Assembly (NCBI GenBank): GCA_963665115.1
Contig: OY762007.1
Span: 4,576,001-4,640,000, forward strand
Length of the DNA: 64,000 nt
Origin: an uncultured Rivularia sp.
GTDB taxonomy: Bacteria > Cyanobacteriota > Cyanobacteriia > Cyanobacteriales > Nostocaceae
Direction of reading: 5' to 3'
The notes under the pieces are model-generated. The model was not told the DNA's origin. It ran no database searches and saw only the letters and a program-made list of their open reading frames with translations. How positions within the stretch are numbered: the stretch's first letter is position 1; every line of letters begins with the position of its first letter. This document shows positions 10,562-21,735 of the stretch, in pieces. Position numbers and translations under genes: made by a program.

Positions 10562-12574
10562 TTAATCTTGAAAGCGAGATGTCATACAGTAAGGACAATC
10601 CAGCCATTCCGGCTGCAATTGAGCTTCACAATTTCGACAAGTTAAACCACTTTTACGCTTAGCTTTTAACTCTGCTTCCAAACCTGTATCGGTAAACGTT
10701 ACCCGCTCTACTTCTTCGAGGGTGGTAGCTCCTTGACGCACCAAATCTAAACTGTAAGCAAGCAGGGTTTTCATACCTTCTTCTACCGCTGCTTCTTTAA
10801 TTAATTCTGTTGGTGCTTCTTCGTTGATTAAAGCCTGGATGCGTTCGGTAATTCTCATTACTTCGTAAACACCGGAGCGTCCTTTGTAACCAATACCCCC
10901 GCATTTTTCACAAAGATTGTTATTAGCTTTCGCTTCTTGAACCTGCTCGATGCTGAGTGTATTAGCTTTATAGAAAGTTACATCGGCTTCCTGAGATGCC
11001 GACAAACCGTAACGCGCGAGTTCTTGCGGAGTAGGTGAGTATTCAATACGACATTCGTCACATACGCGACGCATTAAACGTTGTGCCAAAACTCCGAGTA
11101 GGGAACTGGAAATCATAAAAGATTCAATACCCATTTCTCCAAGACGGGCGATCGCACCGGGAGCATCGTTGGTGTGCAGGGTAGTTAATACCAAGTGACC
11201 CGTTAATGCTGCTTCAATAGCTGTTTTCGCCGTTTCTTTATCTCGGGTTTCTCCCACGAGCAATACGTCGGGATCTTGTCGCAAAAATGCCCGTAAGGCG
11301 GTACCAAAATCTAGTCCTTTTTCCCGAATTACCTGTACCTGAGTAATCCCCGGTAAACTATATTCCACCGGATCTTCTACAGTACTGATATTAATGTCGG
11401 GAGAATTTCGTTCGGCAAGGGCAGAATACAGAGACGTTGTTTTACCAGAACCAGTCGGTCCGGTAACAAGAATCAAGCCAAAGGGACGGCTGACCATCTC
11501 CTGAACAATTTGCAATGTTTCAGGGTCGGTAATTAATTTATCTAATCCCAATTGAGTGGAGGAGTTATCCAGAATTCGGAGTACTACTTTTTCTCCGTAA
11601 CGACTTGGTAATGTATTTACCCGGAAATCCACTTTGCGTCCTTCAAACATCCGCCGAATGCGTCCATCTTGGGGAAGACGACGTTCGGCGATATCCAAGT
11701 TGGCAACAATTTTGAAACGGGCTGTAATTGCTGGAATGATTTTTTTCGGTAAAGCATCAAAAGCCTCGCGCAATACACCATCCTTACGAAAGCGTATTCG
11801 TAAATTTTCCTCTTGAGGTTCGATATGAATATCCGAAACTGCTTCGTGTAACGCTTTGGCGAGAATTCTATTTACCAAGTTGATAATTGGCGCACCTTCA
11901 GCACCTTTCATCGCCGAACCTAAGTCAGCTTCTGCTTCTTCAGGAGCATCTTCGAGATCGAGATTATCAAGGTTTTCTAAATCTTGATTGATATCGGTAA
12001 ATTGTTCTTTTTCTATATGCTTCTGTTTGACAGCCATTTCATCCAAAAATTGGTTGATTAGCTGCTGATAATCCTCGCTGGCGATTACCATTCTTTGCAA
12101 ACTGAAGCCTTGCGGACGTAAAATCCGGTTCAAGTCGTCGGAAGCCTCCAGATTATCTGGATCTACCATCGCTATCAAAACATAGGGTGGATTTTCATCT
12201 TCATGTTTTGATAACGGGATTAAGCGATGGCGACGACAAACATCCACTGGGATCAGAGACTCGATTAAGCCCCCCACCGAAGTTGCACCTACGTCGCTAA
12301 CTTCAGGATCTAAGGATTCTACTCCATAAAGAATTTTTAGTTCAAAGAGCTGTTGCTTTTTATATTCGCGAAGTAGCTCTGGTGATAGCTGCCGCCCTGC
12401 AATCGATTCGATGACCTCGATTAAAGGTCTACCCGATTTGCGACTTTCTATAAGCGCTTGCTTCATCTGCCCGTTATCCACGAAGCCAGATTGAACAAGT
12501 TTGTTACCGAAAGGCGAAAATTCCGATTTAACGCTCAGAGCGGTACTACGTCTTTGTTGTGACGAGTAAGTCAT
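10562..12574 (-). CDS. pilB: Type IV pilus assembly ATPase PilB with C-terminal Cys-rich zinc ribbon
   Basis: GPTGSGKTT, RQDPD, C-terminal CxxC..CPYC. ATG at 12574 preferred because of the promoter position. Confidence 0.95.
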   Translation of the reverse strand: MTYSSQQRRSTALSVKSEFSPFGNKLVQSGFVDNGQMKQALIESRKSGRPLIEVIESIAGRQLSPELLREYKKQQLFELKILYGVESLDPEVSDVGATSVGGLIESLIPVDVCRRHRLIPLSKHEDENPPYVLIAMVDPDNLEASDDLNRILRPQGFSLQRMVIASEDYQQLINQFLDEMAVKQKHIEKEQFTDINQDLENLDNLDLEDAPEEAEADLGSAMKGAEGAPIINLVNRILAKALHEAVSDIHIEPQEENLRIRFRKDGVLREAFDALPKKIIPAITARFKIVANLDIAERRLPQDGRIRRMFEGRKVDFRVNTLPSRYGEKVVLRILDNSSTQLGLDKLITDPETLQIVQEMVSRPFGLILVTGPTGSGKTTSLYSALAERNSPDINISTVEDPVEYSLPGITQVQVIREKGLDFGTALRAFLRQDPDVLLVGETRDKETAKTAIEAALTGHLVLTTLHTNDAPGAIARLGEMGIESFMISSSLLGVLAQRLMRRVCDECRIEYSPTPQELARYGLSASQEADVTFYKANTLSIEQVQEAKANNNLCEKCGGIGYKGRSGVYEVMRITERIQALINEEAPTELIKEAAVEEGMKTLLAYSLDLVRQGATTLEEVERVTFTDTGLEAELKAKRKSGLTCRNCEAQLQPEWLDCPYCMTSRFQD

Positions 12575-12614
12575 ATATTGAGATGATGGATGCTCCACCC
12601 ACAGGTACTATTTG

Positions 12615-12623
12615 AGTATTCCC
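12615..12623 (-). promoter_or_regulatory. J-box (GGGAATACT), SigJ-type promoter of pilB
   Basis: Exact GGGAATACT on the minus strand ~40 nt upstream of the pilB ATG; matches the hormogonium SigJ consensus known from Nostoc punctiforme. Confidence 0.75.
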
Positions 12624-13117
12624 AAGCTGGGGTGCAGAATTTTCATCTCAACCAAGAAATCTTAGTTAAAATTTTTTTTAACCGGATTAATTGCTGTCTA
12701 ATTCCTGTATTTGGCTGTGTTTCAAGAAGGAACGTTGGCTTAGATAATGGGATTAGGGCTAAAAATAATCTTGATATTGCTTGGGAATAAATCCTCGAAA
12801 AATCAGCATGAGCTAATCTCTACTTCTTTAAGGAAAGAAATTTCTACAACCAAACTTACAAATAAAAGTCATCTTGAGGCTCATTTTTGTCATAATCATG
12901 ACGGTAATACCACTTCGGTAGAACATTTCGGTTGGTCTTTATACACCGACGCTTCCCCTTGCAGTAATTAAATTTCTCAGCTGTTGTTTTATGAGGTAGT
13001 GAAAACTACCCTGTAAAGTATTCCTAATTGATTGGAAAATAATGGCTGGATGTTAACAATCAGAAGAAAACAACACAGCAGTGCCCCAACGGCTAACAAA
13101 CAGAGGTAAATCAAGTA

Positions 13118-13786
13118 ATGAACAGCGACTCTCCACAAACAAATTCCAACGGCGATGTAAACGAGCAAATCACAATTGAGGCGAACGTAGCAGACTCAGC
13201 TACGGTTAATGCAGAAGATGGAACAAGTGCAACCCAAACCACTACTCAAAGTAATGCTGGTGTTTCAGATACTGCTGAAATCAAGTCTTTAAAAGCGCAG
13301 TTGGATGAGCGCAGCAGTCAGTATATGCGGATTGCGGCAGATTTTGAGAATTTCCGCAAACGCACGCTTAAAGAAAAAGATGATTTGGAACTACAGGTGA
13401 AGCGCAACACGATTACAGAATTATTACCAATAATTGATAATTTTGAACGAGCGCGAGCGCAAATTAAACCTCAAAATGATGGGGAAATGGCGATTCACAA
13501 AAGTTATCAAGGCGTTTACAAACAGCTAGTAGACTGTCTCAAACGCTTGGGTGTTTCGCCAATGCGTCCCGAAGGTCAAGAGTTCGACCCTAACGAACAT
13601 GAAGCAGTTATGCGCGAACCTACGGATGAATATCCAGAAGGAACAGTGTTAGAAGAGTTAGTACGCGGATACTTTCTTGGCGATCGCGTGCTACGTCATG
13701 CAATGGTGAAGGTGGCTGCTCAGAATGAAGGTACTTCTTCTGGGGAGGACTCGCAGTCTGGGGAAGCAAGTACTTTAGATCTGTAA
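13118..13786 (+). CDS. grpE: Nucleotide exchange factor GrpE
   Basis: [37 protein letters not shown]. True start uncertain. Confidence 0.95.
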   Translation: MNSDSPQTNSNGDVNEQITIEANVADSATVNAEDGTSATQTTTQSNAGVSDTAEIKSLKAQLDERSSQYMRIAADFENFRKRTLKEKDDLELQVKRNTITELLPIIDNFERARAQIKPQNDGEMAIHKSYQGVYKQLVDCLKRLGVSPMRPEGQEFDPNEHEAVMREPTDEYPEGTVLEELVRGYFLGDRVLRHAMVKVAAQNEGTSSGEDSQSGEASTLDL

Positions 13787-14006
13787 CCACTGACAGCTAA
13801 CCAAAACTGATGAACGATTAATTCTAATCGGGCGAGCATCGCATCCCAATTTATCAACGATTACCACTACCGCGCTTTTTATTATCAACGATTAGGGATG
13901 AACAGTTTTCTATAAACTACGTTGTTTTATTAAGGAAAACTGTTCCCCATAAATCGTTGTTTAAATTACAGCCTTATAGAAATAATCAGTAAAAATACCG
14001 ATAGTT

Positions 14007-15989
14007 ATGGGAAAAGTTATTGGGATCGACTTGGGCACTACCAATAGTTGTGTCGCAGTTTTGGAAGGTGGGAAACCCCTTGTAATAGCTAATTCAGAAG
14101 GCGGACGTACTACTCCGTCTATTGTTGGATTTGGCAAAGGCGGCGAGCGCTTAGTCGGTCCTCTGGCAAAGCGGCAAGCAGTAACTAATGCGGAAAACAC
14201 TATATACAGTATTAAGCGATTTATTGGTCGTCGTTGGGATGATACTCAAGAGGAACGCGCTCGCGTACCATATAGCTGTGACAAAGGTAGAGACGATACT
14301 GTTGATGTCCAAATTCGCGGACGCAATTACACGCCTCAAGAAATCTCCGCAATGATTTTACAGAAGTTAAAGCAGGATGCGGAAAGTTTCTTAGGTGAAG
14401 ATGTAACTGAAGCAGTAATCACAGTTCCGGCGTATTTTACTGATGCTCAAAGACAAGCGACTAAAGACGCGGGAACAATTGCTGGATTAGAAGTACTGCG
14501 AATTATCAACGAGCCAACCGCTGCGGCTTTAGCATTTGGTTTGGATAAACAAGATGAAGAACAGTTGATTCTTGTATTTGACTTGGGAGGTGGAACTTTT
14601 GATGTTTCTATCTTGCAACTCGGAGATGGAGTGTTTGAAGTAAAAGCAACTTGTGGCAACAATCATCTTGGTGGAGACGATTTTGATAACTGTATCGTCC
14701 AGTGGATGATGGAGGTTTTTTACCACCAAGAAAAAATCGATCTTTCCGAAGATAAGATGGCGCTGCAACGGTTGCGGGAAGCTGCCGAGAAGGCAAAGAT
14801 TGAGCTTTCCACGATGCCGACTACCTCAATCAACTTGCCGTTTATTACCGCTAATGAAACTGGGCCAAAACATTTGGAAATGGAACTTAGCCGTTCCAAA
14901 TTTGAAGAAGTTAGCAGCGATTTGATTCAAGCTATTGTTGAACCAATGGTTCAGTCGCTCAAAGATGCAGACCTAAAGCCAGATATGATGGACAAAATTA
15001 TTCTGGTGGGTGGCTCCACTCGCATCCCGGCAGTGCAGAATGCTTTAATGAACTTTTTTGGTGGGAAAGCCCCGGATCGTTCCATTAACCCCGACGAAGC
15101 TGTAGCTCTTGGTGCTGCAATTCAAGCTGGAGTATTGGGTGGCGAAGTTGATAATTTACTGCTTTTGGATGTCACTCCTTTATCCTTGGGACTCGAAACT
15201 CTAGGGGAAGTATTTACCAAAATCATGGAGCGTAATACTACAATTCCTACTAGTAAATCCCAGGTATTTTCCACAGCAGTTGACGGACAAAACTCGGTAG
15301 AAATTCACGTTCTTCAAGGTGAAAGAGCGATGGCGCGGGATAACAAAAGTTTGGGTAAATTCCTGTTGAATGGAATACCTCCGGCTCCCCGTGGCGTACC
15401 GCAGATTGAAGTCTCTTTTGAAATCGATGTTAACGGTATTCTCAAAGTAGGCGCTCAAGATAAAGGTACTGGTAGAGAACAAAGCATTCGGATTACCAAT
15501 ACAGGCGGTTTGAGTCAGAATGAAGTAGAAAAAATGCGTCAGGAAGCCGAAACCTTTGCCGAGCAAGACAGAAGACGCTTAGAGTTAATCGAATTAACAA
15601 ACCAAGCTAACACTCTCTTACACAGTTACGAATCGGCTAAGGTAGATAATGCTGACTTAATCGACGAGCAGCTTAAAGCTTCTATTGATGAAAAATTAGC
15701 GCTATTGCAAGCTGCAATGGCTAACCAACAAATACCCGTCGCAGAATTCAAACAATGTTTGGACGAGTTTCAGCAAACAGTATTCGCCATTGGTGCGGAG
15801 GCATACAGTCGCGTTAACACTGGAAGCTACGAAGAGACAGTTGAACCTGAAGCATCCGATAATTCCGATAGTCCTTCGATTCCAGAAGCAGAAGATAGCG
15901 AAGCATCAAAAGAAGCTTTTGCACCACAATTTAATTTTGATTTTGAAGAAGACGGTACAGTCCAAGCTGATTACGAAGCTATAGATTAA
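14007..15989 (+). CDS. dnaK: Chaperone DnaK (grpE-linked, DnaK1-type paralog)
   Basis: [27 protein letters not shown]. Confidence 0.97.
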   Translation: MGKVIGIDLGTTNSCVAVLEGGKPLVIANSEGGRTTPSIVGFGKGGERLVGPLAKRQAVTNAENTIYSIKRFIGRRWDDTQEERARVPYSCDKGRDDTVDVQIRGRNYTPQEISAMILQKLKQDAESFLGEDVTEAVITVPAYFTDAQRQATKDAGTIAGLEVLRIINEPTAAALAFGLDKQDEEQLILVFDLGGGTFDVSILQLGDGVFEVKATCGNNHLGGDDFDNCIVQWMMEVFYHQEKIDLSEDKMALQRLREAAEKAKIELSTMPTTSINLPFITANETGPKHLEMELSRSKFEEVSSDLIQAIVEPMVQSLKDADLKPDMMDKIILVGGSTRIPAVQNALMNFFGGKAPDRSINPDEAVALGAAIQAGVLGGEVDNLLLLDVTPLSLGLETLGEVFTKIMERNTTIPTSKSQVFSTAVDGQNSVEIHVLQGERAMARDNKSLGKFLLNGIPPAPRGVPQIEVSFEIDVNGILKVGAQDKGTGREQSIRITNTGGLSQNEVEKMRQEAETFAEQDRRRLELIELTNQANTLLHSYESAKVDNADLIDEQLKASIDEKLALLQAAMANQQIPVAEFKQCLDEFQQTVFAIGAEAYSRVNTGSYEETVEPEASDNSDSPSIPEAEDSEASKEAFAPQFNFDFEEDGTVQADYEAID

Positions 15990-16034
15990 TTGCAAATTTA
16001 TATATAGTGCAGCACAGTTGGAACTTTTACACGA

Positions 16035-16064
16035 AAACCTTTCCTACCTTAGTGGGGAAGGTTT
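16035..16064 (+). terminator. Hairpin after dnaK
   Basis: AAACCTTTCCTAC..GTGGGGAAGGTTT. Confidence 0.6.
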
Positions 16065-16110
16065 CTGCTTGTATAATCATTATCTGTAGAATAAATTAGA
16101 TCGCAGCTAC

Positions 16111-16213
16111 TAAGCTGATGTGCAGCTAAATTGGATAATGCAAAAATCTGAAAAGATGGTAGTGCGAGCATCTTGCTCGCTAGTACTATACAAATTAAAT
16201 GCGTAGCAGCTTA
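16111..16213. mobile_element. ~100-bp MITE with TAAGCTG...CAGCTTA ends and an internal GCGAGCATCTTGCTCGC hairpin
   Basis: Imperfect ~22-bp terminal inverted repeats bounded by TA; inverted homolog at 21344-21445. Confidence 0.8.
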
Positions 16214-16298
16214 GCCCTAATCAACCTTAAATAATTTGTTTAGATATTAAGCCAGCAAATTGCAGCATTTGTGCATGGTATTACAATGGTTTGGATGA

Positions 16299-16589
16299 CA
16301 TAAAATATCCTATGGCGGGTTTTCCACACTAATAGGTGCGGCTAGCCCTTCTGTAATGAGTCTGCTTATTGCACATCTACGTAGCACAATTGTAAGAGAG
16401 TCGGCGATAAGCCGACGAAGACGAATCTTGTCCTTACTCAAGTTACACCCGCGCTTTAATATTTGCTGGTGAGACAACTCAGCAGTAAATCAGTTGATGG
16501 AGTCGGCTTCCGTGCCATCAAACTCATTAACCCGTGCAATGCCCCATCGAGGCACGTCCGAAGGAGATACCTAAAGGATGATTTTTATG
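16299..16589 (+). other. Highly structured non-coding element upstream of dnaJ (candidate ncRNA or leader)
   Basis: Several stems, a three-way junction and a long-range closing stem; no ORF in the track. See findings. Confidence 0.55.
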
Positions 16590-16698
16590 AAGAGTAAAGT
16601 GTAAAATCAATTATTAATAATAAAACTTAACTTTTTGCCTTCTGCCTTCCGCATAACTGCATATTAGTTTCCCACATTTTAACTTTTACCTTTGTTTT

Positions 16699-17824
16699 AT
16701 GGCTAGCGACTATTATGAAATTCTGGGTGTCTCTCGCGACACCGACAAAGAAGAAATGAAAAGTGCTTACCGCCGCTTAGCCCGGAAGTATCACCCAGAC
16801 GTGAACAAAGAGCCGGGAGCCGAGGAGCGGTTTAAGGAAATCAACCGCGCTTATGAAGTGCTTTCGGAGCCTGAAACTCGCGCTCGTTACGACCGCTTTG
16901 GAGAACAAGGAGTTTCGGGTGCTGGCGCTGCTGGCTTCCAAGATTTCGGCGATATGGGCGGTTTTGCTGATATCTTTGAAAGCATTTTCAGTGGCTTTGC
17001 TGGAGGTGCAGGTCAGTCTCAAAGGCGGCGCAGCGGACCAGTTCGAGGTGACGATCTCCGCTTAGACTTAAAACTCGATTTTCGGGAAGCGGTATTTGGT
17101 GGTGAAAAAGAAATTCGTATCTCCCACCTGGAAACTTGCGAAGTTTGTAATGGTTCTGGTGCTAAACCAGGGACTCGTCCTCGGGTTTGTTCTACCTGTA
17201 GTGGTTCCGGTCAGGTTCGCCGCGTCACTAGAACGCCTTTTGGTAGCTTTACCCAAGTATCCACTTGTCCTACCTGTAACGGACAAGGAATGGTCGTTGA
17301 AGATAAATGCGACGCTTGTGAAGGTAAAGGTGCAAATCAGGTAACTAAGAAACTTAAAATTACCATTCCTGCGGGGGTTGACAACGGCACGCGCTTACGA
17401 ATATCCAATGAAGGAGATGCCGGAATGCGGGGTGGTGCGCCCGGAGATTTATACGTTTACTTATTCGTAAATGAAGATGAAGAGTTCCAGCGCGATGGAA
17501 TTAACGTACTTTCTGAAATAAAAGTTAGCTATCTTCAGGCAATTTTAGGATGCCGATTGGAAGTAGAAACTGTAGATGGTCCGGTAGAAATGATTATTCC
17601 GCCCGGAAACTCAGCCTAATACAGTAATGAAGTTGGAAAATCGCGGCGTTCCGCGTTTGGGAAATCCTGTAAGTAGGGGCGATCATATGATTACGATATT
17701 GATTGATATTCCGAACAAGGTCACACCTGACGAAAGAGAATTACTCGAAAAGCTAGCTAAAATTAAGGGAGAACGCACTGGTAAAGGCGGCTTAGAAGGT
17801 TTTTTGGGAAAATTATTTAATTAA
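16699..17824 (+). CDS. dnaJ: Chaperone DnaJ (class A); apparent +1 frameshift at AAA 17607-17609
   Basis: HPD J-domain, G/F region, four CxxCxGxG repeats. Removing one A gives [18 protein letters not shown], joining ORF 17627-17824. Confidence 0.93.
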
Positions 17825-17828
17825 AATA

Positions 17829-18086
17829 ATGAGTGTATCTTCACTTTTATCTCCCGATGCTCAACTTGACTTACGGGGAACTCCTTGTCCGATTAATTTT
17901 GTGCGAACAAAACTTCGTTTGCAGCAAATGCAGCCAGGAGAATTATTAGAAGTCTGGTTAGATCCGGGAGAGCCAATTGAGCAAGTTCCCGATAGCTTGA
18001 CAATGGCAGGTTATCAAGTTGAACAAATTAACGACTGTTCCGGCTATTTTTCCTTATTGATACGGTGTCCAGTTACTGACTCATGA
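17829..18086 (+). CDS. SirA/TusA family sulfur-carrier protein
   Basis: LDLRGTPCPINF motif. Confidence 0.88.
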   Translation: MSVSSLLSPDAQLDLRGTPCPINFVRTKLRLQQMQPGELLEVWLDPGEPIEQVPDSLTMAGYQVEQINDCSGYFSLLIRCPVTDS

Positions 18087-19210
18087 GTGATGAAGCATCA
18101 ATAAAATCGGGACAGTTATTAGGTACGGTTCTTGCCGTGCAGGCTAACTTTTACAGAGTTCAATTGGATGGAGAAGGGGAGAAGGGGAGAAGAGGAGAAG
18201 AGGATGGGGAGATAAATGCATTTTCTGCCTCGGCTTCTTCTCCCAATCCACCACTCCTTTTATGCACGCGCAGAACACGCTTAAAGAAAATTGGTCAACA
18301 AGTAATAGTTGGCGATCGCGTTGTGGTAGAAGAACCCGATTGGGCTGATGGTAGGGGTGCCATTGCCGATGTCTTACCCCGCAATTCTCAACTCGATCGT
18401 CCGGCGATCGCCAATGTAAACCAAATATTGTTAGTGTTTGCTGTTACAGATCCTCCCTTGGAACCTTATCAACTGAGTCGCTTTTTGGTGAAAGGTGAAT
18501 CCACGGGGTTGGATGTAGTGTTATGTTTGAATAAAAGCGATTTGATAACTTCTCAAGAACAGTCAGAAATAAAAGAACGTCTTAATAGTTGGGGCTATCA
18601 ACCTACGTTTATCAGTGTTTACAAAGGTATAAATATGAACGCTGTAGACGAGATTCTTGGAAGCAAAATCACTGTTCTTGCTGGAGCTTCCGGTGTGGGA
18701 AAATCCAGTTTAATTAACACTTTGATTCCCAGTGCCAACTTAAGAGTAGCCGAGGTTTCCGGTAAGCTAGCTCGCGGAAGACATACCACTCGTCACGTAG
18801 AATTATTTGAAATTCCTGGAGGAGGTTTACTAGCAGATACTCCAGGTTTCAATCAACCAGACTTAGATTGCACCCCAGAAGAACTAGTTAGTTACTTTCC
18901 AGAAGCTAGAGAAAAGTTAGAAAGTGGTAGCTGTCGATTTAATAACTGTTTGCATAAAGACGAACCCGATTGCGTAGTGCGGGGAGATTGGGAACGTTAC
19001 GAAGATTATTTAGAATTTTTAGAAGAAGCAATAGAACGTCAAACCTGGCTTAGACAGCAAGCAGATCCAGAATCTAATCTTAAATTAAAAAGTAAAGGTA
19101 AAGGGCGGCAAGAATATGAGCCGAGATTAGAAAGCAAAAAATATCGCCGCGTTTCTCGAAAAAAACAACAGCAAAAATTGCAGGAATTGTACAAAGAAAG
19201 CGAAGAATAA
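18083..19210 (+). CDS. rsgA: Ribosome small-subunit GTPase RsgA
   Basis: NKSD, GASGVGKSS, GRHTT, DTPG, CRFNNCLHKDEPDC. Confidence 0.95.
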   Translation: MSDEASIKSGQLLGTVLAVQANFYRVQLDGEGEKGRRGEEDGEINAFSASASSPNPPLLLCTRRTRLKKIGQQVIVGDRVVVEEPDWADGRGAIADVLPRNSQLDRPAIANVNQILLVFAVTDPPLEPYQLSRFLVKGESTGLDVVLCLNKSDLITSQEQSEIKERLNSWGYQPTFISVYKGINMNAVDEILGSKITVLAGASGVGKSSLINTLIPSANLRVAEVSGKLARGRHTTRHVELFEIPGGGLLADTPGFNQPDLDCTPEELVSYFPEAREKLESGSCRFNNCLHKDEPDCVVRGDWERYEDYLEFLEEAIERQTWLRQQADPESNLKLKSKGKGRQEYEPRLESKKYRRVSRKKQQQKLQELYKESEE

Positions 19211-19565
19211 ATAATTGGGCATGGGGGATTGGGCATAGGGGATAAGGGATAAGGGAGATAAAAAATTATTAATTCCTAACTCCGAACTCTTAACTCCTAA
19301 TTCCTAACTCTTGCCCATGCCCTATGCCCCATGCCTATACTCCATAAATAAATAATTAGCAACGATAGTCTACTCATTCCCATAAAGTCTTAAAATATTG
19401 TTAACTTCTGACTAACTAGAAATTTTCCTTGGGTGAGTAAAAACTCTCGCAGGCTTGGTTTATTTAGTCACACATTTTTAAAGTGTGCGATAGATTCTTG
19501 CTTGCTTTCCGAACGAATTCTTCTGCTTAGTCACAATATATAGATATAATCTCGGAATTGATACT

Positions 19566-21155
19566 ATGGCTATTGGCTACGTTGCGCTCGTACTTCACGC
19601 ACATCTGCCCTTCGTTCGTCACCCAGAAAGTGACTATGTGCTGGAGGAAGAATGGCTTTATGAAGCAATTACGGAAACTTACATTCCTTTACTACGTGTT
19701 TTTGAAGGTTTGAAGCAAGATGGTGTTGATTTTAAAATCACCATGAGCATGACACCACCTTTGGTTTCAATGCTGCGAGATCCGCTATTGCAAGAACGTT
19801 ATAACGAACACCTGGCTAAACTACAGGAACTCATAGAATTAGAAATTGAACATAATGCTAAAAATGGTCATCTTAAATATTTAGCCGAGCATTACCAGAG
19901 CGAATTTGCCGCTACTAGAGAAATTTGGGAACGATATAAAGGCGATTTAGTAACTGCTTTCAAGGAATTCCAAGATTCTAACAATATTGATATCATCACC
20001 TGTGGTGCGACTCACGGTTACTTGCCGTTAATGAAGATGTATCCCCAAGCGGTTTGGGCACAGATTCAAGTAGCAGCAGAGCATTATGAAGAAAATTTTG
20101 GTCGTCCCCCTAGAGGTATTTGGCTGCCGGAATGCGCTTATTATGAAGGTTTAGAGCGCATGGTGGCGGATGCTGGATTGCGTTATTTTCTTACCGATGG
20201 ACATGGTATTTTGTATGCTCGTCCTCGTCCCCGTTTTGGTACTTATGCACCTATTTTTACCGAAAGTGGCGTTGCAGCTTTTGGACGGGACCATGAATCT
20301 TCTCAACAAGTATGGTCTTCCGAAGTGGGTTATCCCGGTGCTGCGGAATATCGAGAATTTTATAAAGATTTGGGTTGGGAGGCTGAATACGAATATATTA
20401 AGCCTTTCATTATGCCTAACGGTCAGCGAAAGAATACGGGCATCAAATATCACAAAATTACTGGTCGTGGTTTAGGACTTGGAGATAAGCAACTTTACGA
20501 TCCTTATTGGGCGCGAGAAAAAACCGCAGAACACGCTTCTAACTTCGCATTTAACCGCGAACGTCAAGTTGAACATCTCCACAATATGATGCATCGTCCT
20601 CCAATTGTGGTTTCTCCCTACGATGCAGAATTGTTCGGACATTGGTGGTATGAAGGTCCTTGGTTTATTGATTATCTCTTCCGTAAGTCTTGGTTTGACC
20701 AAAATACCTATGACATGATTCACTTGTCAGATTATTTGAAAACTAATCCGGTTCAACAAGTTTGTCGTCCTTCTCAATCAAGTTGGGGATATAAGGGATT
20801 TCATGAGTATTGGTTAAACGAAACTAACACGTGGATTTACCCACATTTACATAAAGCTGCCGAGCGGATGATTGAATTATCAAGTCGGGAAGCAGAAGAT
20901 GAGTTGGAGTGGAAAGCTCTCAATCAAGCTGCAAGAGAGTTACTTTTAGCACAGAGTTCCGACTGGGCATTTATTATGCGAACCGGAACAATGGTTCCTT
21001 ACGCTGTAAGAAGAACCCGTTCTCACTTGATGCGATTTAATAAGCTTTACGAAGATATTAATATTGGAAAAATTGATAGCGGATGGTTGGAGAAAGTTGA
21101 ATACATAGATAATATTTTTCCAAGTATCAATTATCGAGCATATCGAACTTTGTAA
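19566..21155 (+). CDS. Glycoside hydrolase family 57 (branching-enzyme type, DUF1957)
   Basis: HAHLPFV, WLPECAY, PYDAELFGHWW, AQSSDW. Confidence 0.92.
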   Translation: MAIGYVALVLHAHLPFVRHPESDYVLEEEWLYEAITETYIPLLRVFEGLKQDGVDFKITMSMTPPLVSMLRDPLLQERYNEHLAKLQELIELEIEHNAKNGHLKYLAEHYQSEFAATREIWERYKGDLVTAFKEFQDSNNIDIITCGATHGYLPLMKMYPQAVWAQIQVAAEHYEENFGRPPRGIWLPECAYYEGLERMVADAGLRYFLTDGHGILYARPRPRFGTYAPIFTESGVAAFGRDHESSQQVWSSEVGYPGAAEYREFYKDLGWEAEYEYIKPFIMPNGQRKNTGIKYHKITGRGLGLGDKQLYDPYWAREKTAEHASNFAFNRERQVEHLHNMMHRPPIVVSPYDAELFGHWWYEGPWFIDYLFRKSWFDQNTYDMIHLSDYLKTNPVQQVCRPSQSSWGYKGFHEYWLNETNTWIYPHLHKAAERMIELSSREAEDELEWKALNQAARELLLAQSSDWAFIMRTGTMVPYAVRRTRSHLMRFNKLYEDINIGKIDSGWLEKVEYIDNIFPSINYRAYRTL

Positions 21156-21231
21156 TCAAAAGGCGCAAAATTTTCTAGGGTGGGCATTGTCCACCTTATT
21201 TTATTTATATTATTAAGGAGTAGAATTTATT

Positions 21232-21520
21232 TTACCAACGGAGAAGCAAGGTTTAGCTTGCATACGGGTTTGTCAAATGTTGTCAAATTGATATAAAGAC
21301 ATTCAGCTATTCCAATTTGATCGTAAAACACAAGAAGTTTACATAAGCTGTTACGCACTTAATTTGTATAGTACTAGCGGGCAAGATGCCCGCACTACAA
21401 TAATTCCAAATTTTTTTAAATACAACTTAGCTGCACATCAGCTTATTAGCTGGAGAGAATCTTCAAATAATTGTTTACCCAAATGGCGAATGGGAGTTTA
21501 TTAATGATGCAGAATTATGA
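21232..21520 (+). pseudogene. DUF6888-like small gene, broken by an in-frame stop and a MITE insertion
   Basis: LPTEKQGLACIRVCQMLSN*YKDIQLFQFDRKTQEVYI | MITE | LAGENLQIIVYPNGEWEFINDAEL*. Family name is from recall. Confidence 0.75.
21344..21445. mobile_element. ~100-bp MITE inserted at a TA with target duplication
   Basis: TAAGCTG...CAGCTTA ends; removing the element plus one TA restores the host reading frame. Confidence 0.88.
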
Positions 21521-21701
21521 AAAAATGACTTTTACAGAATTAAGAGCTTACGTGGTTAAAAATCGCGATGATATTGAAGCACTGCGTTTTTTGATGAGCA
21601 AACGCGATCCTAATTCAACTAAATATCCTGCACCAATAACTGAAGCTCAGATGCAAGAACAGAGGTCGCCTATTCGACGCAAGGTTAATGAAGATTCTTG
21701 A
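21504..21701 (+). CDS. DUF6887-like small protein (putative antitoxin partner of the upstream gene)
   Basis: MMQNYEKMTFTELRAYVVKNRDDIEAL pattern; overlaps the end of the upstream pseudogene. Confidence 0.7.
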   Translation: MMQNYEKMTFTELRAYVVKNRDDIEALRFLMSKRDPNSTKYPAPITEAQMQEQRSPIRRKVNEDS

Positions 21702-21735
21702 AATTCGGGCATTGCTTGAAGAAAAAAACTATACC

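Noticed and set aside
16299..16589. Retron msr-msd or hammerhead ribozyme
   Set aside because: No reverse transcriptase nearby and no CUGANGA/GAAA core.
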